Shown here piece after piece: positions 21,549 to 31,689 of a stretch of 64,000 nucleotides of DNA (positions within the stretch are counted from its first letter, which is position 1; every line of letters begins with the position of its first letter). The notes beneath the pieces are model-generated. The model worked only from the letters and a program-made list of their open reading frames with translations. It had not been told where the DNA came from and ran no database searches. Source of the DNA: an uncultured delta proteobacterium (GTDB lineage: Bacteria > Desulfobacterota > Desulfobacteria > Desulfobacterales > JAFDCJ01); assembly GCA_963723215.1 (NCBI GenBank), contig CAVRQG010000036.1, positions 903 through 64,902 of the forward strand, given 5' to 3'. The position numbers were made by a program, and so were the translations under genes.

Positions 21549-21995
21549 ATGAAAATTGACAACATCAATCTCCGGATCATCAAACATCTTCGCAACGGCC
21601 GAAAATCTTACAGAAAAATCGCCGAACAGCTGTCCCTTTCCGAAAACACCGTGCGTGCGCGCGTAAGTAAGCTGATGGAAGCAGGGGTGCTGGAAATATC
21701 CGGGCAAGTGGATCCCGATGCCATTTCCGGGCATCGGATCGTCATGGTGGGTGTTAAATTGAAAACCATGAACCTTGTCAAAAAAGGGGAAGAGTTCAGC
21801 AAATTAAAAGGTGTTGTATCTGTCAGTGTGGTCACCGGACGATTTGATCTGATCCTGGTGGTTCTCTTGAAATCGGGGTTTGGACTGCTGGAATTTTATA
21901 CCGATGAGGTATCGAGATTGGAAGATGTTCAATCCGTGGAAACATTTGTGGTTTACAAAAGCTATAATGTAAAGATACCCTATATTTTGGATTGA
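21549..21995 (+). CDS. Lrp/AsnC family transcriptional regulator
   Basis: IDNINLRII...GRKSYRKIAEQLSLSENTVRARV HTH; VTGRFDL. Confidence 0.92.
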   Translation: MKIDNINLRIIKHLRNGRKSYRKIAEQLSLSENTVRARVSKLMEAGVLEISGQVDPDAISGHRIVMVGVKLKTMNLVKKGEEFSKLKGVVSVSVVTGRFDLILVVLLKSGFGLLEFYTDEVSRLEDVQSVETFVVYKSYNVKIPYILD

Positions 21996-22014
21996 AAAAG
22001 CGAATACATATATC

Positions 22015-22184
22015 GTTGATTGGTTGATTAGTTAATTGGTTGTAAATATGGATTTATCCCAAATTTGTAAAAAGGTTGGATACTTCCTATTTAAACAATC
22101 ATAACAATCTGAGATTATGGCAATAGTTTACCAAATCAACCATTCAACCAATAAACCATTCAACCAGTAAACTACTCAACCAGT
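22015..22184. repeat. Octamer tandem repeats arranged as an inverted pair (TGGTTGAT... / ...TCAACCA)
   Basis: GTTGATTGGTTGATTAGTTAATTGGTTG ... TCAACCATTCAACCAATAAACCATTCAACCAGTAAACTACTCAACCAG. Confidence 0.75.
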
Positions 22185-22223
22185 TCTGCAATATCAATAC
22201 ATTAATTTTTTAGAGGAGGATCG

Positions 22224-22622
22224 ATGAAAGATATCAATGATGTAATCTTACCGGATGATATTCACTATGCAGAAAGCCACGAGTGGGCCAAATCCGAAGG
22301 GGACCATGTCAAAGTTGGAATCTCCGATTATGCGCAGGATCAGCTAGGAGACATCGTTTTTGTGGAAATGCCCGAAGCCGGTGAAACCTTTGAAAAAGGT
22401 GCTGAATTCGGCACGGTGGAATCCGTCAAAGCAGTATCGGAGTTGTATATGCCCGTAGGGGGTGAAATCGTCGCCGTCAACACTGCCCTGGAAGACTCCC
22501 CCGAGCTGATCAACAATACGCCCTATTCCGACGGCTGGATGATCGAGGTCAAGCCGGATAACCCGGCCGATCTGGACGGCCTGATGACCAAAGACGCCTA
22601 TCTAACGTCTCTGAAAGGATAA
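22224..22622 (+). CDS. gcvH: Glycine cleavage system H protein
   Basis: HEWAK, GISDYAQDQLGDIVFV, VESVKAVSE lipoyl-Lys, PYSDGWM; GAGGAGG RBS. Confidence 0.96.
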   Translation: MKDINDVILPDDIHYAESHEWAKSEGDHVKVGISDYAQDQLGDIVFVEMPEAGETFEKGAEFGTVESVKAVSELYMPVGGEIVAVNTALEDSPELINNTPYSDGWMIEVKPDNPADLDGLMTKDAYLTSLKG

Positions 22623-22623
22623 C

Positions 22624-23955
22624 ATGATGCGTTACTTGCCGCATACCCCAGAAGATATTGATGAGATGATGAAAACCGTGGGGGTGAGTTCCCTGGACGC
22701 TCTCTTCGAATCCATACCCGAAGAATGCCGCTGCAACTGTGAGCTCAACCTGCCGGAGCCACTGACCGAATGGGAATTAAACGATCACATCGATGCACTT
22801 TGCAACAGCATGGCGGTCTCCCCTGACTACAAAGTATTTATGGGCGCCGGCAGCTATGAGCATCATATACCGGTGTCCTTAACGCATTTATTGAGCCGCT
22901 CGGAGTTCGTGACATCCTATACTCCTTACCAGCCGGAAATGAGCCAGGGAACCTTGCAGGCCATCTTTGAATATCAGACCCTCACGGCGCGGCTGCTCGG
23001 TATGGACGTGGCAAATGCCTCCCAATACGACGGCGCTTCGGCCCTGGCGGAAGCCCTTTTGATGGCCTTACGAATTTCAAGGCAGAAAAAAGTAGCGGTA
23101 TCAAGGTTGCTCCATCCGAATTATCGTCGGGTAATTAAAACCTATCTGGCACCCACCGGGTATGAAATTGTGGAACTACCCTATCTGCCGGACGGCACCA
23201 CCGATCCCGCGGCCATTGATAGTATCGACGATCTGGCTGCAGTAGCCGTTCAGTCACCCAATTTCTTCGGCTGTATGGAAAACCTGACAACCATTGGAGA
23301 CAAAGCCCATCAAAAAAAGGCGTTGGCTGTTGTAGGATTCAGCGAACCCCTGGCTTACGGCATGTTTAAAAATCCCGGCAGCCAGGGCGCGGATATCGTA
23401 GCCGGTGAGGGCCAAAGCCTTGGAATCCCGCGTTCCTACGGTGGTCCGGCCTTGGGTATGTTTGCCGCCCGCATGAAATATGTCCGTAACATGCCGGGGC
23501 GTCTGGTGGGACAAACCGTAGATGCTGACGGCAAACGTGGTTTTGTGTTGACCCTGGCTACCCGAGAACAGCATATTCGCCGGGAAAAAGCCACCTCCAA
23601 CATCTGTACCAACCACAGCCTGTGTGCCCTTGCATCGGCTATCTACATGTCCACCCTCGGGGGGTCCGGCATCAAAGAACTTGCCCGGCTGAATTATGAC
23701 AAATGCGAGTATCTCAAGTCTGCATTGCGACAGGCCGGATTTGCCATCCCTTTTGAGCAGCCCACATTTAATGAATTTGTGGTTGATTTTGGCGCCGGTT
23801 TTGAAAAAATCCATCAACGCTTGATCGACGAAAAATTCATCGCCGGCCTACCGCTGGAATGTTATTATCCCGAACTTGCCAACCATTATCTGCTGTGTGT
23901 CACGGAAACTATCAGCAAGGAAGATATGGACGAGTTGGTAAGTAAAGTAAAATAG
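22624..23955 (+). CDS. gcvPA: Glycine dehydrogenase (decarboxylating) subunit 1
   Basis: RYLPHT, YTPYQPEMSQGTLQAIFEYQT, REQHIRREKATSNICTN. Confidence 0.96.
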   Translation: MMRYLPHTPEDIDEMMKTVGVSSLDALFESIPEECRCNCELNLPEPLTEWELNDHIDALCNSMAVSPDYKVFMGAGSYEHHIPVSLTHLLSRSEFVTSYTPYQPEMSQGTLQAIFEYQTLTARLLGMDVANASQYDGASALAEALLMALRISRQKKVAVSRLLHPNYRRVIKTYLAPTGYEIVELPYLPDGTTDPAAIDSIDDLAAVAVQSPNFFGCMENLTTIGDKAHQKKALAVVGFSEPLAYGMFKNPGSQGADIVAGEGQSLGIPRSYGGPALGMFAARMKYVRNMPGRLVGQTVDADGKRGFVLTLATREQHIRREKATSNICTNHSLCALASAIYMSTLGGSGIKELARLNYDKCEYLKSALRQAGFAIPFEQPTFNEFVVDFGAGFEKIHQRLIDEKFIAGLPLECYYPELANHYLLCVTETISKEDMDELVSKVK

Positions 23956-24025
23956 GTTTCAAGTGTCAGGTTTCGGGTGTCAGGAAGGCGAGTTGCTAAA
24001 TCCTGAAACCTGAACACTGACACCT
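23956..24025. repeat. Heptamer inverted repeat (GTGTCAG/GTTTCAG ... CTGAAAC/CTGACAC)
   Basis: GTTTCAAGTGTCAGGTTTCGGGTGTCAGG ... CCTGAAACCTGAACACTGACACC. Confidence 0.75.
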
Positions 24026-24128
24026 TAGTTTTGTAATAAATTTTAACTGGCTATGCACCTTAATTTCATAGTTGTTAACGAATACGAGCTTTCAAATGTC
24101 CAGCTCACGCTGGTCGGGAGATCAAGTT

Positions 24129-25586
24129 ATGAAAGAATTTCCAGGCACCACCGGCCTGATACTCAATGAACCACTGCTTTGGGAACGAGGGAAAAAGGGA
24201 AGATGCGGGTTTTCTCTGCCGCGACGCGATGTTGAGTCCTATCCTGTGGACAAAGACCTGCTGGGGGAAGGCCCAGATTTTCCAGACCTTAGCGAAGTCG
24301 ATATCATTCGCCATTACACCCGCCTGTCCCAATGGAATTTCGCGGTGGACAGCGGTATGTATCCTTTGGGCTCCTGTACGATGAAATATAACCCCAAAAC
24401 CAACGAAAGACAGGCCTCCAGGCCGGGTTTTGCCGCAGCACACCCCATGCTCCCGCCCAATCTCTCCCAGGGTATCCTCAAACTCATGTATGATCTTGAA
24501 AAGTTCCTGATAGAGATCACCGGCATGGACGCCGCCACCCTCCAGCCGGCTGCCGGCGCCCACGGGGAGCTTACCGGCATGCTGCTGTTTTACGCCTACC
24601 ATATGAGCCAGGGGTCGCCACGCTCAAAGATCATTGTTCCGGACACGGCCCATGGGACCAATCCGGCCAGCGCCGCCCTTTGCGGTTATCGGCCGGTGCC
24701 GATAAAATCAAATAAGGAAGGGTGCCTGGCCCCCGAAGATGTGGCTGCTGTCATGGACGAGGAAACCGCCGGTATCATGGTGACCAACCCCAATACCCTG
24801 GGGTTGTTTGAAGATAACATCAAAAAAATAGCTGACATCGTCCATGCCAAGGGAGGCCTGGTGTATGGCGATGGAGCCAACATGAATGCGGTGATGGGAA
24901 TCGTCCACATGGGCGCGATCGGCATAGATGTGCTGCATTTAAATCTTCACAAGACTTTTTCGACGCCCCACGGCGGGGGCGGACCGGGTTCCGGTCCGGT
25001 TTGTGTCATGAAGCATCTGGCACCTTTTTTACCGGTACCCCGTGTCATTGAAAATAAAGGACAATATGTTCTCGCAGAAGATTTTCCGCAATCCATCGGA
25101 AAACTTCATGCCTTTTACGGCAACGTGGGAATTCTAATCAGGGCATACAGTTACATTCTGAGTATGGGTGGCAAAAACTTGCAAAAAGCCAGCCAGCTGG
25201 CGGTGTTAAATGCCAATTACATCAAAGAACGATTGAAAAAAACCTTTCACCTGCCCTATGATCGTCCCTGCATGCATGAATGCGTATTTTCTGACAAATT
25301 GCAGCAAGTACACAAGGTCACCACCCTGGACATGGTCAAACGGCTGATGGACTATGGGTTTCATCCCCCCACCATTTATTTTCCCCTGGTGGTCCCGGGA
25401 GCCATCATGATCGAACCCACAGAGACCGAATCCAAGGAAGACATTGATCTCTTCATCGAGGCCTTGAAATCCATCGCGGTAGAAGCCAAAGAAAATCCGG
25501 AACTCTTGCATGCATCTCCCCAAAAGTGTCGTCGAAGAAGACTGGATGAAACGACGGCGGCCCGTAAGCCCTGCTTGAGGGGATGA
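24129..25586 (+). CDS. gcvPB: Glycine dehydrogenase (decarboxylating) subunit 2
   Basis: YPLGSCTMKYNPK, QPAAGAHGE, HLNLHKTFSTPHGGGGPG PLP-Lys motif; start at MKEFPG behind GGGAG. Confidence 0.96.
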   Translation: MKEFPGTTGLILNEPLLWERGKKGRCGFSLPRRDVESYPVDKDLLGEGPDFPDLSEVDIIRHYTRLSQWNFAVDSGMYPLGSCTMKYNPKTNERQASRPGFAAAHPMLPPNLSQGILKLMYDLEKFLIEITGMDAATLQPAAGAHGELTGMLLFYAYHMSQGSPRSKIIVPDTAHGTNPASAALCGYRPVPIKSNKEGCLAPEDVAAVMDEETAGIMVTNPNTLGLFEDNIKKIADIVHAKGGLVYGDGANMNAVMGIVHMGAIGIDVLHLNLHKTFSTPHGGGGPGSGPVCVMKHLAPFLPVPRVIENKGQYVLAEDFPQSIGKLHAFYGNVGILIRAYSYILSMGGKNLQKASQLAVLNANYIKERLKKTFHLPYDRPCMHECVFSDKLQQVHKVTTLDMVKRLMDYGFHPPTIYFPLVVPGAIMIEPTETESKEDIDLFIEALKSIAVEAKENPELLHASPQKCRRRRLDETTAARKPCLRG

Positions 25587-25592
25587 AACGGA

Positions 25593-26279
25593 ATGTGCTA
25601 CGCAGTCGACATAGGCATGATGGATTACAATGAGGCATGGAAGCTTCAAGGAAACATCATTTCCGCCCGGATCAACGGGGTGATTGATACGGATATCATT
25701 CTGTTCCTGGAACATCCCACCGTTTTCACCCTGGGTCGCCGCGGCGGTCTTGACCATCTGCTGGTTTCCGAGGAATTTCTAAAGACCTCCGGTATCCCCA
25801 TCGTCCATGTGGAAAGGGGTGGGGATATAACGTTTCACGGTCCCGGCCAACTGGTCGCGTATCCCATTGTGAATCTAAAAGCACGCAGCATCGGAGTCGT
25901 CGATTTTGTCGCCGCATTGGAAGATGTCATGTTGGCCACAGTCCGAACCTGGGGCATTGCAGCAGAACGGAACCCCGCCAATCGAGGTATCTGGGTCGGC
26001 AATAATAAACTGGGTAGTATCGGCCTCGCCATTCGAAAAGGCATCAGCTTTCACGGTTTGGCATTGAATGTCAATATCGATTTAACCCCCTTTTCCTGGA
26101 TCCAACCCTGCGGCCTGCAAGGGGTCTGCATGACATCCATGTCCCAGGAACTGGTCTATCAGTTATCCATGGATGAAGTCAGCACCGTCTTAAAAAAGCA
26201 GTTTGAATCCGTTCTGGACCTGACCCTCACCACCGCAAGTTTTTCCGACCTGCAGCATCGATTGAAAAATCCAAGCTAA
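25593..26279 (+). CDS. lipB: Octanoyltransferase
   Basis: LEHPTVFTLGR, RGGDITFHGPGQLVAYP, KLGSIG, HGLALNV, PCGL. Confidence 0.95.
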   Translation: MCYAVDIGMMDYNEAWKLQGNIISARINGVIDTDIILFLEHPTVFTLGRRGGLDHLLVSEEFLKTSGIPIVHVERGGDITFHGPGQLVAYPIVNLKARSIGVVDFVAALEDVMLATVRTWGIAAERNPANRGIWVGNNKLGSIGLAIRKGISFHGLALNVNIDLTPFSWIQPCGLQGVCMTSMSQELVYQLSMDEVSTVLKKQFESVLDLTLTTASFSDLQHRLKNPS

Positions 26280-26451
26280 ATAATCGTTGATGTTTCTGGG
26301 TTTAGTGCTTAATATTCGTTTTTGTGCGGACAGACCTTTTATGGTGAAAATTGTGCAATTTTTGGCAAAATTTTCTTTGTGTCTTAGTGCCTTCGTGGCA
26401 AATTTTTGAGGTTTATCAGAGTCAAAATATAAAATTCTGAGGCATTAGATC

Positions 26452-27366
26452 ATGAAGCAGGAAATAAATACCACCGAACGAATTCGAAAACCGGATTGGC
26501 TTAAACAGCGATTGCCTTCCGGCCCCGAATTTGAAAAAATCAAGGGCATGATCAGCAAGGACCGACTTCACACCGTGTGCCAGGAAGCCGGATGTCCCAA
26601 TATGTGGGAATGTTTTTCACACCACACAGCCACGTTTCTGATAATGGGTTCACGGTGCACGCGCAATTGCCGATTTTGCGCGGTGGCCGAAGGCCCACTG
26701 GAGCCGCCCGATCCGGATGAGCCCATCAGAGTCGCAAACGTTGCCCGACAAATGGGGTTGAAATATGTCGTCGTGACTTCCGTTACCCGGGACGACCTGC
26801 CGGATGGCGGCGCCGGCATCTTCGCCGAGACCATCGAAGGGATCCGCCAACAGATACCGAATGTTTGCGTGGAAGTCTTGATCCCGGACTTTCAGGGAAG
26901 CCGTAGGGCCCTTGAAACGGTTTTAAATGCACACCCCGATGTCTTAAATCACAATATTGAAACAGTTCCACGACTTTATGCGGAAGTGCGCCCCCAGGCG
27001 GATTACCGACGATCTCTAGAGCTGATTCAACGTGCCCACAAATACGATCCTGCCCTGCGCACAAAATCCGGGCTCATGCTCGGGCTGGGAGAAAGCCGGG
27101 AGGAAGTCCGCCTTACGCTTGAAGACATGCTCAAAGCGAACTGCCGCATGTTGACCCTGGGCCAATATCTGCAACCTTCAAAAGACCACTTGCCGGTCAA
27201 ACGGTTTATTCCGCCGGAGGAATTCGAACAGTGGCGCAAAACCGCACTACAGATGGGTTTTGCAGAAGTTGCCAGCGGACCGTTTGTGCGAAGCTCTTAT
27301 CACGCCAGAGAGTTGTTTCAGGAAGTAAAAAAGGATAATCTTGGACAATCCGCTAACCTGGGCTGA
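26452..27366 (+). CDS. lipA: Lipoyl synthase
   Basis: CQEAGCPNMWEC and CTRNCRFC clusters; RSSY C-terminal motif. Confidence 0.96.
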   Translation: MKQEINTTERIRKPDWLKQRLPSGPEFEKIKGMISKDRLHTVCQEAGCPNMWECFSHHTATFLIMGSRCTRNCRFCAVAEGPLEPPDPDEPIRVANVARQMGLKYVVVTSVTRDDLPDGGAGIFAETIEGIRQQIPNVCVEVLIPDFQGSRRALETVLNAHPDVLNHNIETVPRLYAEVRPQADYRRSLELIQRAHKYDPALRTKSGLMLGLGESREEVRLTLEDMLKANCRMLTLGQYLQPSKDHLPVKRFIPPEEFEQWRKTALQMGFAEVASGPFVRSSYHARELFQEVKKDNLGQSANLG

Positions 27367-28495
27367 AATCGACCTGGCCGCCTATGCACACAACATCAGG
27401 TCACTGAGAGGCATCGCCCGCCCGCCGGCCCGACTCATGGCCGTCGTAAAGGCCAACGGCTATGGGCACGGTGCCGTTCAAGTCGCCCGGGAAGCGCTTT
27501 CAAACGGAGCGCAATATTTGGGAGTTGCCAGACTCAATGAGGCCATTCCGTTGCGGGAGGCCGGTCTTGAAGCTCCCATTTTAATTCTTGGATACAGTTC
27601 GCCCGAGCTTGCATCGTTACTCATCGCATACGATCTCACCCAAACCGTCTATTCTCTGTCGACGGCAAGTGCTCTGTCCGAACAAGCCGTTCGAAAAGGA
27701 GAAAAAATCAATGTCCACCTAAAAGTGGATAGCGGCATGGGAAGACTCGGATTGTTGCTGGCATCGACCAGCGGCAGCCCAGATAAAACTGCGATCCAGA
27801 AGACTGTCCAAACGATCGAATCGATCGCCCGTCTACCCGGTCTCACAGTGGAAGGCATTTTCACTCATTTTGCCACTGCCGACAGTGCCGACAAATCTTA
27901 TGCGGATCTGCAGCTGCAGCGATTCATGGAACTTCTCAATTGTCTGCAAAAGGAGGGGCTGGAACTCCCCGTGAAACATGCTGCCAACAGTGCCGCCTTG
28001 ATCGACATACCCGATTCTCATCTGGACATGGTTCGCCCGGGCATCGCCACCTATGGTCTTCACCCCTCGGATGAAGTCAACAAGCACATCATTGATCTGA
28101 AGCCGGTGATGACGCTAAAAAGTAGGATCATTCATGTTAAAGAGGTCGCTCCTGGTTTTAACATCAGTTACGGAATCACCTTCCAGACAAAAACGCATAC
28201 CACCATTGCCACAGTCCCCGTTGGATATGCCGATGGTTTCAATCGCCTGCTATCATCGCGCGGTCACATGCTGGTGCATGGCTGCAGGGTTCCTATCGTG
28301 GGGCGGGTTTGCATGGACCTGACCATGCTGGATGTCGGCGGTCTTGCGGATGTGGCGCTTGAGGACGAAGTCGTAGTCTTTGGTAAACAGGGGAATGAAG
28401 CCGTCACGGCAGATGAAATCGCCGCGGACTTGGACACGATTAACTATGAAGTCGTATCGACCATTACCGCCAGAGTGCCGCGGGTTTATCTATAG
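27341..28495 (+). CDS. alr: Alanine racemase
   Basis: AVVKANGYGHG PLP-Lys, KVDSGMGRLG, SYG, GRVCMD, TINYE. Confidence 0.96.
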   Translation: MDNPLTWAEIDLAAYAHNIRSLRGIARPPARLMAVVKANGYGHGAVQVAREALSNGAQYLGVARLNEAIPLREAGLEAPILILGYSSPELASLLIAYDLTQTVYSLSTASALSEQAVRKGEKINVHLKVDSGMGRLGLLLASTSGSPDKTAIQKTVQTIESIARLPGLTVEGIFTHFATADSADKSYADLQLQRFMELLNCLQKEGLELPVKHAANSAALIDIPDSHLDMVRPGIATYGLHPSDEVNKHIIDLKPVMTLKSRIIHVKEVAPGFNISYGITFQTKTHTTIATVPVGYADGFNRLLSSRGHMLVHGCRVPIVGRVCMDLTMLDVGGLADVALEDEVVVFGKQGNEAVTADEIAADLDTINYEVVSTITARVPRVYL

Positions 28496-28552
28496 AAGTT
28501 AAGCCGCAGAGGTACAAAAAAATTTGATGGCCTGGTTGAAAAAAGAACCGCA

Positions 28553-28675
28553 GAATATTGAATATCGAACCGCAGAATTACGAAGGGTGGAATCGCTGCG
28601 CTCCATCTTTCTATAAAATAGACAAATTACATTCCTTCGACATTCGATATTCATGATTCAATATTCGACATTCGC
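28553..28675. repeat. Heptamer-armed inverted repeat element
   Basis: GAATATTGAATATCGAA...CGAAGG ... CCTTCGACATTCGATATTCATGATTCAATATTCGACATTC. Confidence 0.7.
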
Positions 28676-28778
28676 TTTTTTTTATAGTTTCTTTTTCGAT
28701 TAAACTGACCGCTTATCAGGTCAGAGGCTGGGCTGAAATCTGAACCTTCGAGCCCCGAACCTCTAACGGGAATCAACA

Positions 28779-29600
28779 GTGCCCTATTTCACAACTAAAG
28801 ACGCATGCAAAATTTTCTATACGGTCTACGGCATTGAACCATCCAAACCCGTGCTTATTTTCCTAAACGGCACCACCCAGACCACGCTATACTGGGGCGG
28901 CCTGGTTCCGGCCTTTTCAAGGCATTTTGGACTGCTCTGCTATGATGCCAGAGCCCAGGGACAAAGCGATCTGGGAGGTCATTCGCTCTCTCTGCAATCC
29001 CATGTCTCGGACCTGAAGGATCTGCTCGAGTTTTTGACGGTTAACAAAGCCCATCTGGTGGGAATCAGCCATGGCGCCTGGGTGGCGCTGGCATTTGCGG
29101 CCGAGTTTCCGGAAATCGTCGATCATCTCGTGCTGTGCAGCCTGGGTGCGAAAACAAATGACCGCTCCCGGACCATCGTTCGATCCTGGCTGGAAATATT
29201 GCGCCTGTCGGGTTTGAAAGCCATGGCTTGGGCGGCATTGCCCACCGTTTTTGGAAACGGCTTTTTAAATCAACATCAAAAAATATTGGATAAGATTGTC
29301 GACGCCGTTGCGCTGCGCAACCGAAAAAAATCCTTGATTGCCCAGCTGGATGCGGCTTTAAAATATCCCGCACCGGACAGGATGACGCAAAATTTAAATC
29401 AACCGACCCTTGTTATTTCAGGAGCAGAAGACCCCATCATCGATCCGGGCGATGTGCGGCGGCTGGCAGATCTTTGCCGGGCCCGCCACGAAGAGATTCC
29501 AGACGTCGGCCACAGTATCCCCGCCGAAGCCCCACGGGTTTTTGAAAAAATGGTGCTGGACTTTTTAACAGAGGGAAGGTCAGAGGCTAAAGGCCATTAA
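28779..29600 (+). CDS. Alpha/beta hydrolase (enol-lactonase-like)
   Basis: YDARAQGQS, GISHG nucleophile elbow, GAED, GH catalytic His; GTG start. Confidence 0.88.
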   Translation: MPYFTTKDACKIFYTVYGIEPSKPVLIFLNGTTQTTLYWGGLVPAFSRHFGLLCYDARAQGQSDLGGHSLSLQSHVSDLKDLLEFLTVNKAHLVGISHGAWVALAFAAEFPEIVDHLVLCSLGAKTNDRSRTIVRSWLEILRLSGLKAMAWAALPTVFGNGFLNQHQKILDKIVDAVALRNRKKSLIAQLDAALKYPAPDRMTQNLNQPTLVISGAEDPIIDPGDVRRLADLCRARHEEIPDVGHSIPAEAPRVFEKMVLDFLTEGRSEAKGH

Positions 29601-29602
29601 GA

Positions 29603-30820
29603 ATGAGAGAAATCATTTTAATCAATATTACCGGCATGGATAAGCCCGGCCTGACCGCCAGCCTGACCAACATCCTTGCCCAGTATGAAGTCACGATTCT
29701 GGACATCGGTCAGGCGGTGATCCATGACTATTTGTCCCTGGGCATCCTGGTGGAAATACCGTCCGCCCATACATCCTCATCGATTCTTAAAGATCTCCTG
29801 TTTCAAGCCCACGAACTGGGAATCCAGATTCACTTTACAGCCATCGATAAAAAAGGTTACGAAGCATGGGCCGCAAAGTACGGCCGCGAGCGCCGTATCA
29901 TTACCTTGTTGGGCCGCCGGCTGACGGCTGCCCAGTTGTCGAAAGTCACCGCTGCAATTGCGGCCAACCATTTGAACATTGATGTGATCACCCGACTTTC
30001 CGGACGAATTGCTCTCGATCAACCCGGATTGCTTCCAAAGGCCTGTGTCCAATTCACCGTTTCCGGAAAACTGGATGACCCCGGCAGATTTCGCGGCAGG
30101 TTGCTTGAAATTTCTGAAAAAACCGGGATTGATATCTCTTTTCATGTGGACGACATTTATCGCCATGCCCGCAGGTTGGTGGTGTTCGACATGGATTCCA
30201 CCCTGATCCGGGGTGAAGTCATCAATGTATTGGCCCAACATGCCGGCGCCGGACAACAGGTAGCCAAAATCACCGAATCCGCCATGAACGGTGAAATCGA
30301 TTTTAAAGAAAGTTTCTGCCGACGCGTTGCTCTGCTGAAAGGCCTTGAGGAAGAGGTGCTGGCACAGGTTGCCGAGGAGCTTGTCCTCAACGAAGGTGCC
30401 GAACGCGTGATTGATACTCTGAAAAAGCTTGGCTACAAGATCGGGATCATATCGGGCGGCTTTGACTACTTCGGCGAATTTCTGCAAAAAAAACTCAATT
30501 TGGACTATGTTTTTGCCAATGTTCTTGAAATCGAAAACGGCAAAGTTACGGGCGATGTCACCGGTGACATTATCGACGGCCAGCGAAAAGCTGAAATTCT
30601 CAAAACCATCGCCACAGTGGAAAACATCAGCCTGCAACAGACCATCGCCATCGGCGACGGCGCCAATGATCTGCCCATGATCAGCATTGCCGGTCTGGGC
30701 ATCGCGTTTCACGCCAAATCCATCGTCAAAGAAAATGCACAGAAATCTATCTCCAGCGTGGGGCTGGACGGACTGCTGTATTTGATGGGGATCAGCGAAA
30801 GAGAGATACGCCAGCCATAA
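29603..30820 (+). CDS. serB: Phosphoserine phosphatase with N-terminal ACT domains
   Basis: GMDKPG ACT domain, FDMDSTL HAD motif I, SGGF, GDGANDL. Confidence 0.95.
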   Translation: MREIILINITGMDKPGLTASLTNILAQYEVTILDIGQAVIHDYLSLGILVEIPSAHTSSSILKDLLFQAHELGIQIHFTAIDKKGYEAWAAKYGRERRIITLLGRRLTAAQLSKVTAAIAANHLNIDVITRLSGRIALDQPGLLPKACVQFTVSGKLDDPGRFRGRLLEISEKTGIDISFHVDDIYRHARRLVVFDMDSTLIRGEVINVLAQHAGAGQQVAKITESAMNGEIDFKESFCRRVALLKGLEEEVLAQVAEELVLNEGAERVIDTLKKLGYKIGIISGGFDYFGEFLQKKLNLDYVFANVLEIENGKVTGDVTGDIIDGQRKAEILKTIATVENISLQQTIAIGDGANDLPMISIAGLGIAFHAKSIVKENAQKSISSVGLDGLLYLMGISEREIRQP

Positions 30821-31689
30821 CCGGATTTATAAGTGGGATTAAAATAGAGGGTTTGGGCTGATTAATAACGATTGTCTACTGTAAGATATGATTTGAGTAT
30901 CTTTTTCATTAAGTCTTCGCTTTTATAGAAAATATATAGCAGATAGCAACACCACAGGCCTGAGTGTAAATGATCATATCACAAATTTCAACGGGCATTG
31001 ATTTTTTCAGCCTTATTGGAGTAAACACAGAAAATTGTTTTTATTTATTACCATTAATAGATAAGGCCAACGACCATATCTTGAGGTTAGCCTTCACAGC
31101 CTCGGTCACTATGAAATCCAGTATAGCAGAAATTACCGGTTTCGGAATTAGTGCAATATGATTTGGATAGCAGAATGTGCCTTATCCAGATACATAATAC
31201 ATCCCAAAATACATATGAACTTTTTCACACAATTTTATAACCTCATTTTCATATTGTTTTTGCTCCCTTTTTTCATCTTTTCAGTAATAAATTGAAATAA
31301 TACAGTTATTTGTGATTATCCTTTTTTAGCATGTTTCTTGCATTAGTTTTTTTCTATCTATCTTCTCGGATGTGCGTGCATCTTTTCTGCCGTTTTGTTC
31401 AAATTTATTTTGCATGGTTTTACCAAAGCATAGTGACACTAACGGGGGGGGGAATAACGGCATTTTGGAAGGTATGGATTAAAGGCAGACTATTAGATGT
31501 TCTGCCTTTAATTTTTAAGGCACTGAGATTCTGTTCTATTACCGGATCGGATTAATATCAAAATGGCCGACCAGCTAATTTCGACTTGATTTATCTTCAT
31601 CTGTTCTCCTTAACGTGGTGGCTCATCGCCTAAATGGGCCGCCACACATATTAAAGGATAAACCCACATATCATAACGGGGGTCAGAAA

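Noticed and set aside
22015-22184. Possible CRISPR array (also 47197-47333)
   Set aside because: Units are 8 bp and degenerate, with no unique spacers and no cas genes
21996-22223. Glycine riboswitch upstream of gcvH
   Set aside because: No GGAGA...CCGAAG...CTCAGG aptamer pattern; the region is AT-rich repeat and an Lrp regulator is adjacent
29777-30712. 311 aa - strand ORF
   Set aside because: Antisense shadow of serB
30970-31555. Short ORFs 30970..31161 and 31331..31555
   Set aside because: AT-rich, low-complexity translations without clear RBS or motifs
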